Below are positions 1 through 9,370 of a DNA stretch of 32,000 nt, one piece after another. Position numbers and translations under genes: made by a program. The stretch spans positions 30,001-62,000 of the forward strand of contig JBGQBI010000004.1 in assembly GCA_041494705.1 (NCBI GenBank). The letters run 5' to 3'. Below the pieces are notes generated by a model. The model did no database searches. It had not been told where the DNA came from and saw only the letters and a program-made list of their open reading frames with translations. The first letter of the stretch is position 1. Each line of letters opens with the position of its first letter. The stretch is from Candidatus Methanoperedens sp. (GTDB lineage: Archaea; Halobacteriota; Methanosarcinia; Methanosarcinales; Methanoperedenaceae).

Positions 1-42
1 TTGAATGGATAACTGCAAGGATGAAATAATACTGCTGTTTTA

Positions 43-255
43 AAAGCGACACCTCGCTTTACCCGGTGTCCACGTAAACCGATACCCCGGTTTACGTGGT
101 GTTCAGGTATGCTTTGCATACCTGTCGTTTGATAAACCTTTCTTAAAGGTTTACGTATGGCAAAGCCATACGTGTTGTCTTTAATAAACTTTTCTAAAAG
201 TTTAGCGACACCTCGCTTTATGCGGTCTGGGGGTATGGCGCATACCCTATCGTTT
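43..255. repeat. Array of at least eight short hairpin/palindrome elements (5-12 bp stems, 2-6 nt loops) in three related families, including a 17-nt direct repeat agcgacacctcgcttta at 45-61 and 204-220
   Basis: Read directly. 43-60 aaagcga/cacc/tcgcttt. 70-99 ccacgtaaaccg/ataccc/cggtttacgtgg. 104-124 caggtatgc/ttt/gcatacctg. 133-153 taaaccttt/ctt/aaaggttta. 154-172 cgtatggc/aaa/gccatacg. 185-204 taaactttt/ct/aaaagttta. 204-217 agcga/cacc/tcgct. 231-247 gggtatg/gcg/cataccc. Each gtatg-type hairpin is followed by a tgtcgttt-like tail. Confidence 0.8.
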
Positions 256-413
256 ATTTTATATTCACATGCTCAATATAAGTATAACAACATTACTATC
301 ATAAAGTCTATATATAATAATTATCAATAAAGTTATAAACTTATAATGAGTATATTTGTAAAAAACAGCAAAAACGGGCAAGCTTCCGTATTAACCAGGT
401 CGAAGGATAAAAC

Positions 414-1202
414 ATGACAGTTCGGGTATATACCATAGCCTCAGGAAAAGGCGGAACCGGCAAAACCACCACGACTTTGAACCTTGGCACTGCTCTTGCA
501 ATGCTTGGTAAAAAAACGGTAATCATAGACGCTGACATAGGTATGGCAAATCTCGGGCTAATGCTCGGGCTTGAAAAAAACAAGGTAACGCTGCATGAAG
601 TATTAAGCGGCGAAGCGGAAATAAAAGATGCTACTTATTCCGGCCCTTCCGGTCTTCTGGTAGTGCCGAGCGGTTTGACTTTAAAAGGATTCCAGAAAGC
701 GAACCCTGACAGGTTAAAAAAGGTTGTTTCAAGCCTTACGGACGGAATGGATTATGTATTGATAGACGCTCCCGCAGGTATAAGCAAGGATGGTTTAATC
801 CCGCTTACCATTGCTGACAGGATTCTTCTTGTGGTCAATCCCGAACTTTCCTCGATGGCGGATGCCTTAAAGATAAAAACACTGGCTGAACTTCTTGGCA
901 AGTCTGTCGAAGGTGTAATCCTGAACCGCGCCGAGCTTGATAAAACTGAAATCAGCCGCAATAAGGTTAGCGAACTTTTAGGTCTGGGAGTCCTTGAAAT
1001 GATACCTGAGGATGTAAATGTCAGGCGTTCTGCAGCATTCAAGACGCCTGTTGTGGTGAGGAACCCCAAATCTCCGGCATCGATTGCCTTTAAAAGGCTT
1101 GCGGCAAAGATATCCGGTGAGACATTCACGGAATCGGGGGATAAAGGCAAAAAAGAAGGTTTTGTTGACCGCCTTACAAAGACAATCTTCGGAGGGAAAT
1201 AG
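414..1202 (+). CDS. MinD/ParA-family P-loop ATPase (archaeal MinD-like)
   Basis: Deviant Walker A SGKGGTGKTTTTLNLG near the N-terminus, a DADIGMANL switch region, and a length of 262 aa typical of MinD/ParA. It ends 8 nt before the next gene. Confidence 0.85.
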   Translation: MTVRVYTIASGKGGTGKTTTTLNLGTALAMLGKKTVIIDADIGMANLGLMLGLEKNKVTLHEVLSGEAEIKDATYSGPSGLLVVPSGLTLKGFQKANPDRLKKVVSSLTDGMDYVLIDAPAGISKDGLIPLTIADRILLVVNPELSSMADALKIKTLAELLGKSVEGVILNRAELDKTEISRNKVSELLGLGVLEMIPEDVNVRRSAAFKTPVVVRNPKSPASIAFKRLAAKISGETFTESGDKGKKEGFVDRLTKTIFGGK

Positions 1203-1210
1203 AAGATACT

Positions 1211-3499
1211 ATGAATGAACTACGCGAAAAAGTGCGCGGATTCATAGCTGAATTTGCAAACCCGGATGAAAAGGATATCCAGAAATTCATAAGCGATTTA
1301 GCTTTGCAAAACCCATCTCTTGATTCTGAAAATTTTAAGAAGAACCTGGCAAAGCTTGTTAAAAATGCAAAGGAACTGGCGGCTTATGAAAAGGAATATT
1401 CTTTATTGGATGCGAAATCGCCCGGGAATACGGAACTTGCAGAGGTTTTAAAAGAAGCAAGGACGGGGCAGGAAAACCTGGAAGATATTTCAGATGAATT
1501 GAAAACCGCAAAAAAAATCTTAAAATCGGGAGGCTCAGGGAAAACCAGGAAAAAACCAGCCGGAGAGGGCAAGGAAAAATCCACAACAGAAAAGGGCGGC
1601 GCGGTATTAACCGGACAAGAGAAAGAACCGCTAGAATTAGAAGAGCCTGCCGGGAAAATTGAGCCGGGTGAAGAGGGAGACAAAACTGTAAAAAAGAAGG
1701 GCAAAAGAAAAGAGATAAAACAGGAAGCAAAACCGGAAAAAGAGAGGCTGCCGGAAGAAGTGGAAAGCCTGATGCACCACCTTGATTCTGATGCGACAAA
1801 GGATATTATCAAAGAAAAGATGACACCGGAAAAGCATGCCGCTTTTGAACATCTTGAAGAAAAATTACTGTCAGATGTCGAAACCGGCATAAAGAAGCTG
1901 AAAGATGTCCCGTTTGAAAAATCGCATGAATCTATATTAGACCGGTTAAAATCCTATTTAACAAAAGAAGCGGAAGAAATAGAGGCATACCAGCAGTCGC
2001 TGCACGGTGAGCTTGTCACTTTTGAAGGCATGGAAGGATACAAGGAAATTGAACGTTACTGGGTGAATGAACCATATTCCTTTGTGGTAATCCTGTTCAA
2101 TCCTGAAAAAAATTCATATCTGTATTATGTGGCAGAGCCGAAACTCTCCGATTTCGAAGACCTGCTTCTCAGGGAAATCAAAGACCGGCTCAAGGACGTC
2201 CTTCTTTTTGAAGATGTAAAGACTGACGGGGATAAGGAAAAAATCCTGACGGACAAAGTCAGAAAGGTAATAAAAGATTATGCAATCGATATAACCCCTT
2301 TAACCCTTGAAAAAATACTGTATTATACGCGAAGGGACTTCATTAAATTCGGTAAGATTGACCCGCTTATGCATGACAACGGGATAGAAGATATTTCCGC
2401 TAACGGCTATGATATTCCGATTTACCTTTATCATAAGAAATACACCAATCTGCCCACAAACATATTTTTTACAGAAAGCGACCTGGATTCTTATGTGATA
2501 AGGCTTGCCCAGAGATGCGGTAAACATGTCTCGGTAGCGGAACCGATGGTGGATGCCACCATGCCGGACGGTTCCCGTATCCAGATGACACTCGGCACGG
2601 AAGTGACAACCCACGGAGCGACATTTACAATCAGGAAGTTCAGCGAAGTCCCGTTAACACCTGTTGACCTGATTAACTGGAATACGTTCTCGGCAGATGA
2701 AATGGCATACCTCTGGCTGTGTATCGAGAACAATAAGAGCCTGATTTTTGCAGGGGGCACGGCTTCTGGTAAGACATCATCTCTTAATGCGGTTTCCATG
2801 TTCATTCCCTGGCAGGCAAAAATAATCTCGCTTGAGGATACGCGGGAATTAAAACTGCCGCATCCGAACTGGATCCCGGGGATAACCAGGGACTCTTTCA
2901 CGGCTGACGGCAGGGGAAGTATTGATATGTACGACCTCCTCCGGGCAGCGCTTCGACAGAGACCTGAATACCTGCTGGTGGGCGAAGTCAGGGGCAAGGA
3001 AGCATTGACGCTCTTCCAGGCGATGAGCACCGGGCATACCACGTTTTCGACGATGCACGCGGATTCGGTATCGAGCGCCATACATCGTCTTGAGAATCCC
3101 CCAATCAGCGTGCCGAGGTCGATGATTCAGGCTCTTAATATAATAAGCATCCAGGCGCAAACCTTCGTGAAAGGAAAAAGAGCACGCCGCAATATGAAGC
3201 TGGTTGAGATTACAGATATAGACCCAACGACCAGGAACATAAGGACGAACGATATTTTTGCGTGGGATGCCCTGACAGATAAATTCCACAGGGTTGGGGA
3301 GTCAAAAGCGCTGAACGAAGTAATGATAAGACGCGGATGGAATATCGGGGATTTGAAAAGAGAGCTGAGCAACAGGCAGAAAATTCTTGAGTTCATGGTA
3401 AATAACAAAATATCCGATTTCAATGCGATCGCTACCATCATTCATGATTACCAGGTTACTCCTGATAAAGTTTTAAAGAAGTTGAACATCCCCGGATGA
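1211..3499 (+). CDS. FlaI/PilB-like type IV pilus/archaellum-family secretion ATPase with a ~280-aa K/E-rich N-terminal extension
   Basis: The core from residue ~283 (YWVNEPYSFVVI...YYVAEPKLS) matches the archaeal FlaI/TadA N-domain. Walker A is GGTASGKTSSLNA, Walker B is EYLLVGEVRG, and there is a TGHTTFSTMHA His-box. Residues 1-280 are low-complexity and Lys/Glu-rich. Its stop overlaps the next start (ATGA at 3496-3499). Confidence 0.85.
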   Translation: MNELREKVRGFIAEFANPDEKDIQKFISDLALQNPSLDSENFKKNLAKLVKNAKELAAYEKEYSLLDAKSPGNTELAEVLKEARTGQENLEDISDELKTAKKILKSGGSGKTRKKPAGEGKEKSTTEKGGAVLTGQEKEPLELEEPAGKIEPGEEGDKTVKKKGKRKEIKQEAKPEKERLPEEVESLMHHLDSDATKDIIKEKMTPEKHAAFEHLEEKLLSDVETGIKKLKDVPFEKSHESILDRLKSYLTKEAEEIEAYQQSLHGELVTFEGMEGYKEIERYWVNEPYSFVVILFNPEKNSYLYYVAEPKLSDFEDLLLREIKDRLKDVLLFEDVKTDGDKEKILTDKVRKVIKDYAIDITPLTLEKILYYTRRDFIKFGKIDPLMHDNGIEDISANGYDIPIYLYHKKYTNLPTNIFFTESDLDSYVIRLAQRCGKHVSVAEPMVDATMPDGSRIQMTLGTEVTTHGATFTIRKFSEVPLTPVDLINWNTFSADEMAYLWLCIENNKSLIFAGGTASGKTSSLNAVSMFIPWQAKIISLEDTRELKLPHPNWIPGITRDSFTADGRGSIDMYDLLRAALRQRPEYLLVGEVRGKEALTLFQAMSTGHTTFSTMHADSVSSAIHRLENPPISVPRSMIQALNIISIQAQTFVKGKRARRNMKLVEITDIDPTTRNIRTNDIFAWDALTDKFHRVGESKALNEVMIRRGWNIGDLKRELSNRQKILEFMVNNKISDFNAIATIIHDYQVTPDKVLKKLNIPG

Positions 3500-5454
3500 G
3501 CGCAATGGCAAGTAAAATCGAATTTTATTTCCGGAAATTAAAGACGCTGCCATTTGTCCTGCTCGGCAAAAGGATGAAAGAAAAGAAAGACCAGTTCAGG
3601 GACCTGCGAATGGCGATGAGACAGGCGCGCATCCCCATGTCGTATGAAATGTATATTTCAAACTCATTGTTCTATTCAGTGCTGGCAGGTATTGCCGGCG
3701 CGTTCCTGGGATTAATAACAACGTATATCCTGTTCACGTTTGTCAGGCTTCCGGAAAGGCTTACGCATCTTACTTTTTCGCCAAAGACGGCATGGCTTCT
3801 CCAGTACAGGAACATCGCGATTGCGATTTTCATAGTTGGTTTTCTTGCCATCCTTTTTAGCGGGATAACGTATGCACTGTTTCTTGCCTATCCCGGATTC
3901 AAGGCCGGGGAAAGGAAAGGTGCAATCGACAGGAACCTACCCTTTGCCGTCACCTTCATGTATGCGCTGAGCAGGGGAGGCATGAACGTTATTGAAATAT
4001 TACGTTCCTTGAGCAAAAGCACGGATACGTACGGCGAAGTGGCAAGGGAAGTGGACGTCGTTGTGAGGGATATGGATTATTTCGGAAACGATTTGAGAAC
4101 CGCGCTTCACAACATCTGTGAGATTACGCCGTCTGAGAATTTCAGGGATTTAATGTATAATCTGCTGACGGTCATAGACAGCGGCGGAAATATCTCCACA
4201 TACTTCCGTGATAAATCAGAGCAATATCTAAACAGGGCCAAGATTGACCAGAAAGGATTCCTTGAAACGCTTGGATTAATTGCAGAATCCTATGTCACGG
4301 CATTCGTGGCAGGACCCCTTTTTATTATAATTCTCGGCGTGATGATGTCGGTAATGGGTTCAGGCAGCCAGGTAATGATATATGCAATAATTTATGCGGT
4401 GATACCGATAGGTTCGTTGATGTTCGTGGTGATGGTTGATATTATTACGCCCGGGGCTACCGGAGAAGCGCCGCTTCTCCCCACTCAAAGTTTTGTCGGT
4501 GAAATTGTAGTGCCTGAAACGGATGAAAAGACCGTATTTTCCAAATTCGTCAAGTCAAGAAACTCTCTCAGGATAAGAGAGATGCTTCACGACCCCTTAA
4601 AACCGCTAAAAGAAAAGCCTCTGTACTCTTTAATAATAACAGGACCGATTGCTCTTATATTTATGTTAATCTCGGTTTTTAATGCGATGAAAGCGCCGGA
4701 TTTTGTGGATTATATAGACGACAGGATAGTTTTCACCGTCTATATCCTGGTTATCCCGCTTATGATTTTCCATGAATACAAAAAGCGAAGGGAAGATAGG
4801 ATTCAGTCGCAGATACCTGATTTCTTAAAAAAACTTGCCAGTACCAATGAAACCGGCATGACGCTTCGGGATTCCATCAAATTGATGACGCACTCGGATA
4901 TCGGCTTAAGCAAGGAGATTAAGAAAATCTGGAATGATATTGAATGGGGACTTGCGATAAATGAAGCGCTCATAAGGTTTGCCAACCGCGTTAGGACGCA
5001 TCTTGTATCACGCTCGGTCACTTTATTGACAAAAGCCAACGAGTCAAGCGGGGATATAGGCGAGGTGCTGAATGTCGCTGCAAGGGATGTTGCTGCGGAA
5101 CAGGAATTGAGGAACGAGCGCAGGACTAATATGTTTATTTACGTTGTGATTATTTACATATCGTTCCTTGTATTCGTGGGTATTATATATATAATTTCTA
5201 CGACGTTCCTTTCAGAAATGGTAAAGGCCGGGGAGAAAATGTCAACAAGCGGCGGCGGGGCAGTACCTCTCAGCCTCAGCCGGGAGAAATTGAATGTATA
5301 TAACCGCATTTTTTTCCATGGCGCCCTGATTCAGGGTTTTTGCTCGGGGCTGATTGCAGGAGTGATGGGAGAAGGCAATGCCCTATCGGGATTAAAGCAT
5401 TCCGTGATAATGATAACTATCGGTTATCTCCTGTTCACGATGTTTGTGCTTTAG
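3496..5454 (+). CDS. FlaJ/TadC/PilC-like polytopic membrane platform protein (two T2SS-F-like repeats)
   Basis: 652 aa with several long hydrophobic segments alternating with two soluble helical regions (NLPFAVTFMYALSRGGMN... and IPDFLKKLASTNETGMTLRDS...) typical of FlaJ/TadC duplication. It is translationally coupled to the upstream secretion ATPase. Confidence 0.8.
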   Translation: MSAMASKIEFYFRKLKTLPFVLLGKRMKEKKDQFRDLRMAMRQARIPMSYEMYISNSLFYSVLAGIAGAFLGLITTYILFTFVRLPERLTHLTFSPKTAWLLQYRNIAIAIFIVGFLAILFSGITYALFLAYPGFKAGERKGAIDRNLPFAVTFMYALSRGGMNVIEILRSLSKSTDTYGEVAREVDVVVRDMDYFGNDLRTALHNICEITPSENFRDLMYNLLTVIDSGGNISTYFRDKSEQYLNRAKIDQKGFLETLGLIAESYVTAFVAGPLFIIILGVMMSVMGSGSQVMIYAIIYAVIPIGSLMFVVMVDIITPGATGEAPLLPTQSFVGEIVVPETDEKTVFSKFVKSRNSLRIREMLHDPLKPLKEKPLYSLIITGPIALIFMLISVFNAMKAPDFVDYIDDRIVFTVYILVIPLMIFHEYKKRREDRIQSQIPDFLKKLASTNETGMTLRDSIKLMTHSDIGLSKEIKKIWNDIEWGLAINEALIRFANRVRTHLVSRSVTLLTKANESSGDIGEVLNVAARDVAAEQELRNERRTNMFIYVVIIYISFLVFVGIIYIISTTFLSEMVKAGEKMSTSGGGAVPLSLSREKLNVYNRIFFHGALIQGFCSGLIAGVMGEGNALSGLKHSVIMITIGYLLFTMFVL

Positions 5455-5496
5455 AAAGAGGTAAGAATAAGCCATTGGAATGCCCAGTCAGGTAAT

Positions 5497-7428
5497 ATGG
5501 GACCTTTTAAACTCGTTTCCGGTTTTGAACCGAAAGGAGACCAATCGAAAGCGATAGAGAAACTTGTTTTCGGTATAGAGCAGGGTATGAAGCACCAGAC
5601 CCTGCTCGGAGTGACAGGGTCAGGGAAAACATTCACGGTTGCGAATGTGATAAATAAAATCCAGAGACCAACCCTTGTCATTTCCCACAACAAGACCCTT
5701 GCAGCGCAGCTTTATTCCGAGTTCAGGGCTTTTTTTCCTGAAAATGCTGTTGAATATTTTGTGAGCTACTACGATTACTACCAGCCCGAGGCGTATATTC
5801 CGCAAACTGACACCTATATCGAGAAGGACGCATCAATCAACGAGGAGATAAACAGGATGCGCCTGTCTGCCACACGTTCTCTGCTTGAGCGCAGGGATGT
5901 TATTGTGGTGGCAAGCGTATCATGCATCTACGGAATCGGGTCACCGCAGGAATGGAAGGAAATGTCCATCTTGCTTAAGAAAGGCGAGAATATTGAGCGG
6001 CGGGTTTTACTTTCAAGATTTGTGGATATGCAGTATGAACGCAACGACCTTGATTTCAGCACCGGGAAATTCCGGGCGCGGGGAGACACAATCGAGGTAT
6101 TCCCGTCATATGCTTCAAACGGTATCAGGATAGAACTTTTCGGAGATGAAATCGATAAAATTTCCGAATTTGACGTCCTGACCGGAAAAACATTGAGGGA
6201 GAACGATGCAGTGGTGATATATCCGGCAAAACATTTCGTGATGCCGCAGGAAAAGATAGACGCTGCCATCGAGTCAATCGAAGCTGAACTCAGGGACAGG
6301 CTCCATGAGTTAAAATCCATGGGGAAAATTCTTGAAGCCGCCCGCCTTGAGCAGCGAACGAAATTCGATATCGAGATGATGCATGAAATCGGGTACTGCC
6401 AGGGAATAGAGAACTACAGCCGCCACATGGACGGCCGGAGGACCGGCGAGCCGCCGTACACGTTACTCGATTATTTCCCGAAAGATTATCTCATCGTTAT
6501 CGATGAATCGCATGTCACGCTCCCGCAGCTTCGGGGAATGCACGCCGGCGACCATGCAAGGAAAGAATCGCTTGTGGATTATGGTTTCAGGATGCCTTCG
6601 GCTTATGATAACCGCCCGCTGACTTTTAATGAGTTCAGTTCCAGGGTGAACCAGGTATTGTATGTATCCGCCACACCCGCTGATTATGAAATAGCAAATA
6701 GCGCGCAGGTCGTTGAACAGATTATCAGACCTACGGGACTTGTGGACCCGGAGATTGTGGTGAAACCAGTGCAGGGGCAGATAGACGATTTGATGGCAGA
6801 AATCCATGCAAAGACCGCGAAAAAATACAGGGTACTTGTCACTACGCTTACAAAAAGGATGGCAGAAGACCTGACAGAATACCTCCTGGGCGCAGGAATC
6901 AAGGCGAGGTACATGCATTCCGAGATAGAGACGCTTGAGCGCATTGAGATTATAAGGGGGCTTCGCCTTGGCGAGTTCGATGTGCTTGTGGGCATTAACC
7001 TCCTGCGCGAGGGGCTTGACCTGCCCGAGGTTGCGCTTGTGGCAATCCTTGATGCTGACAAAGAAGGCTTCCTGCGCTCTGACCGCTCGCTCTTGCAGAC
7101 AATAGGAAGAACTTCAAGGAATGTTGATGGGAAAGTTGTGATGTATGCAGACAGGATGACGGGTTCGATGCAGAGGGCGATAGATGAGACAAACCGCAGG
7201 CGGGAGAGGCAGATAGAGTATAATAAAGAGCATAATATCACCCCGCAGACCATCAGGAAGGCCGTGGAGCCGAGGGCGATAACTGAGGAAGCAGCGCCGT
7301 CAAAAGAGGAGATATTCAATTATATTGTGGAACTTGAAGCTGAAATGCACAGGGCAGCGAAGAACCTTGAGTTTGAGAAGGCGGCGGAGATAAGGGATAA
7401 GATAGGGAAGTTGAGGAAGGAGATGTGA
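5497..7428 (+). CDS. uvrB: Excinuclease ABC subunit B (UvrB)
   Basis: The N-terminus [17 protein letters not shown]...[12 protein letters not shown] is canonical UvrB. It also has helicase motifs (DESH, VSATP), a beta-hairpin region ([10 protein letters not shown]) and the C-terminal UVR domain ([13 protein letters not shown]). Confidence 0.97.
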   Translation: MGPFKLVSGFEPKGDQSKAIEKLVFGIEQGMKHQTLLGVTGSGKTFTVANVINKIQRPTLVISHNKTLAAQLYSEFRAFFPENAVEYFVSYYDYYQPEAYIPQTDTYIEKDASINEEINRMRLSATRSLLERRDVIVVASVSCIYGIGSPQEWKEMSILLKKGENIERRVLLSRFVDMQYERNDLDFSTGKFRARGDTIEVFPSYASNGIRIELFGDEIDKISEFDVLTGKTLRENDAVVIYPAKHFVMPQEKIDAAIESIEAELRDRLHELKSMGKILEAARLEQRTKFDIEMMHEIGYCQGIENYSRHMDGRRTGEPPYTLLDYFPKDYLIVIDESHVTLPQLRGMHAGDHARKESLVDYGFRMPSAYDNRPLTFNEFSSRVNQVLYVSATPADYEIANSAQVVEQIIRPTGLVDPEIVVKPVQGQIDDLMAEIHAKTAKKYRVLVTTLTKRMAEDLTEYLLGAGIKARYMHSEIETLERIEIIRGLRLGEFDVLVGINLLREGLDLPEVALVAILDADKEGFLRSDRSLLQTIGRTSRNVDGKVVMYADRMTGSMQRAIDETNRRRERQIEYNKEHNITPQTIRKAVEPRAITEEAAPSKEEIFNYIVELEAEMHRAAKNLEFEKAAEIRDKIGKLRKEM

Positions 7429-7440
7429 GTTGGCAAGCGG

Positions 7441-7470
7441 CTTTTGTTGGTTTTTGTTATTTTTTTGTTA
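7441..7470 (+). terminator. Oligo-T tracts downstream of the uvrB stop (archaeal-type terminator candidate)
   Basis: The sequence cttttgttggtttttgttatttttttgtta lies just after the stop at 7428. Archaeal termination commonly uses T-runs. Confidence 0.4.
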
Positions 7471-7476
7471 CAAAAA

Positions 7477-7484
7477 TTTAAATA
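7477..7484 (+). promoter_or_regulatory. TATA-box candidate (tttaaata) preceded by an A-rich BRE-like caaaaa, for the ATPase cassette
   Basis: The tttaaata ends 25 nt upstream of the ATG at 7509, which is consistent with a leaderless or near-leaderless archaeal transcript. A second tttaaata at 7493-7500 is too close to the ATG. Confidence 0.4.
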
Positions 7485-7508
7485 GTATGTTCTTTAAATA
7501 ATGCTTCG

Positions 7509-8876
7509 ATGGTGAAAGCTTCTCTTAAAAAGGTTTTTATTAAGAATTTCAAAAGCCTTCGTGATTGTGAAATCGACATTGGGAAATTGAACGTTGTCGT
7601 GGGGGCTAACGCCTCCGGGAAATCAAATCTGGTGGAAGTGTTCAGGCTTTTGAAAAAGATTTATGTTGATAAAGACCCTTTTCCGTTTCTAGAGTGGTGG
7701 GGTTATGACAATGTAGTATGGCAAAGAAAAGAAGAACTGCCGATAATTATAGGGCTGCTTTTTGATATTGAAGGTTATGATGTCTATTTTGAGACAAACT
7801 TTACTGGAACGGCGGGAAAATTTCAGATTTTGCGAGAAGTATTGGATATTAGAAGATATGTTAAGTTTGAGAAAGAGGGCGAAAAGCTTGCCATTAAACA
7901 TGATGCAAATTTTATAGATATTATTATTAAAAATCTTCATCAATATGAATCAACGTATGATAAAACCACACTAAAAAAAGAGATGAGAAAATTAACAAAA
8001 GAGACGAAAATCGAAGTAGATTTTGAACAAAGATTATTCGAAAATGTGAATATTCGTGAAGTAGTTTATGGAATCGGCGAGGGTTGGCTCACTGAAAAAA
8101 AGACCAAAAATAGATACAGATTATCTCCTGTCTGGGATAGAATAAAAATTTCTAATGAAAAAATTATAATTTTATGTCCAACTTTCAATTACAAGGTGGA
8201 GGCTTATAGTGCAGAATTACCACTATATAAAATTTCAGTAGATACAATCCTCTCAACTCTCAACAAACTATTGATTTTGTATCCACTCAATATTCGTTCG
8301 ATGAAAAACCCCCAACCTTTTCGAAGAGAAGAAATTCTCAAAGAAGATGGAAGTAATCTCGCAAGCGTATATCACACCATTTACCTCAAAAAAGGTAAAA
8401 TCCCGGAAGAAATATACAATCCCCTTTCAATGGTTTTTCCAAAAATAGATGTGCGCCCGCATCTTACTGATGATGGCAGGGTCATGATAAAGTTCTTTGA
8501 GGATGGTCTTGAACTTTTACCACCCAACACTTCTGATGGTTTCTATAAAATTTTAACTGTACTTATAGCGATTTATTTAAAACCGCCCTTGCTCATAATC
8601 GATGAAATTGAGAATTCTCTTCATCCTTCCACGTTGGAGCTCATTTTAGATACCATCGGAATAGGTGACACGCAGGCAATAATCACCACGCATTCACCGG
8701 TTGTAGTCGATATGACAGAACTAAGTAATATTATTCTGGTCGAAAAAGAACACGGAGAATCTAAATTTAAACGTATAAAAGACCCCGAAAAAATAAAGGA
8801 CTTCCTGATAGAAAAGGGCATAACTTTTAGCGAGGGCTGGATTTACGGAGACCTATTTACCGAAAAACAAGCATGA
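7509..8876 (+). CDS. ABC-type (AAA_15/AAA_21, OLD/RecF-like) ATPase, first gene of a two-gene cassette
   Basis: The N-terminal IKNFKSLRD...VVGANASGKSNLVEVF is the Walker A region of SMC/RecF/OLD-like ABC ATPases. A ~300-aa K/E/I-rich insert follows. Then come the signature-like TSDGF, Walker B LLIIDEIENSLHP and H-loop ITTHSP. Confidence 0.8.
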   Translation: MVKASLKKVFIKNFKSLRDCEIDIGKLNVVVGANASGKSNLVEVFRLLKKIYVDKDPFPFLEWWGYDNVVWQRKEELPIIIGLLFDIEGYDVYFETNFTGTAGKFQILREVLDIRRYVKFEKEGEKLAIKHDANFIDIIIKNLHQYESTYDKTTLKKEMRKLTKETKIEVDFEQRLFENVNIREVVYGIGEGWLTEKKTKNRYRLSPVWDRIKISNEKIIILCPTFNYKVEAYSAELPLYKISVDTILSTLNKLLILYPLNIRSMKNPQPFRREEILKEDGSNLASVYHTIYLKKGKIPEEIYNPLSMVFPKIDVRPHLTDDGRVMIKFFEDGLELLPPNTSDGFYKILTVLIAIYLKPPLLIIDEIENSLHPSTLELILDTIGIGDTQAIITTHSPVVVDMTELSNIILVEKEHGESKFKRIKDPEKIKDFLIEKGITFSEGWIYGDLFTEKQA

Positions 8877-9370
8877 ACATTAAAATAATCTCCGAAGACG
8901 ATTACGGCGCCGAATTCTTAAAGAACGTAATCGCACAGCTTAAAACTAAAAAGCTGGTTGGAAACGTAACCGTAAAAGGCTCAAAGCCCATGCGCCCTTT
9001 ATGTAATTTCAAACTCGACAGGATTTTGAAGAGTTTCGATACCTCATGTGATAAGATAATAATCATGCTTGATTCTGACGGTCCTGAAAAAACTGAAAAC
9101 CGGCGCACAAATATTGAACGTCATGTGCCGGATGACTTGGAAACTCCAGTCGAAATTGTCCTGACAGATTATGAAATTGAAGAGTGGATATGTATCAGTA
9201 AAAATCTAAACTGGAAGAACTCAAAGCCTTCTGAAAAGCTAAAAATTGAATTTGGGTATGTAAAAAGCAGTCTTCCAAAGTACGCCAACGAATTGGATTT
9301 TGATGAACTTCAAAAGAAATGCAAATCCTTTAAGGCTTTTCTTGATGCTTTGATGCCATTGAAGAAATAA
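8873..9370 (+). CDS. Small acidic protein with a Toprim-like/DUF4276-like motif pattern, second gene of the cassette
   Basis: Its start overlaps the ATPase stop (ATGA at 8873-8876). The N-terminal strand IKIISEDDYGAEFLKNVI resembles the (V/I)EG-x-x-E-x-x-F start of DUF4276/RloB/Toprim proteins. A DxD-like IIIMLDSDG sits at residues 63-71 and a further acidic patch DYEIEEWI near residue 100. The fold assignment is inference. Confidence 0.6.
   Translation: MNIKIISEDDYGAEFLKNVIAQLKTKKLVGNVTVKGSKPMRPLCNFKLDRILKSFDTSCDKIIIMLDSDGPEKTENRRTNIERHVPDDLETPVEIVLTDYEIEEWICISKNLNWKNSKPSEKLKIEFGYVKSSLPKYANELDFDELQKKCKSFKAFLDALMPLKK

Noticed and set aside
43-255. Possibility that the hairpin array is a CRISPR array or a tRNA/rRNA fragment
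   Set aside because: The repeats are not identical units separated by unique spacers. The hairpins abut each other and fall into three different families. No cloverleaf or conserved tRNA T-loop/D-loop features are present.
1359-1890. Three overlapping minus-strand ORFs (146, 168 and 71 aa) inside the 5-prime part of the FlaI-like gene
   Set aside because: They are Ser/Phe/Leu/Pro low-complexity translations. They come from reading the complement of the Lys/Glu-rich (AAR/GAR) extension and have no independent start context.
5885-7319. Multiple ORFs within or opposite uvrB (82 aa on the plus strand in another frame; 130, 151, 211 and 65 aa on the minus strand)
   Set aside because: All overlap the unambiguous UvrB reading frame and show biased Ser/Arg/Cys-rich composition, so they are shadow frames.
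5497-7428. uvrB as an isolated bacterial-type NER gene with no uvrA or uvrC nearby
   Set aside because: Bacterial-type Uvr genes are well known in mesophilic methanogens and haloarchaea and are often dispersed. This is not unusual enough to report as a finding.
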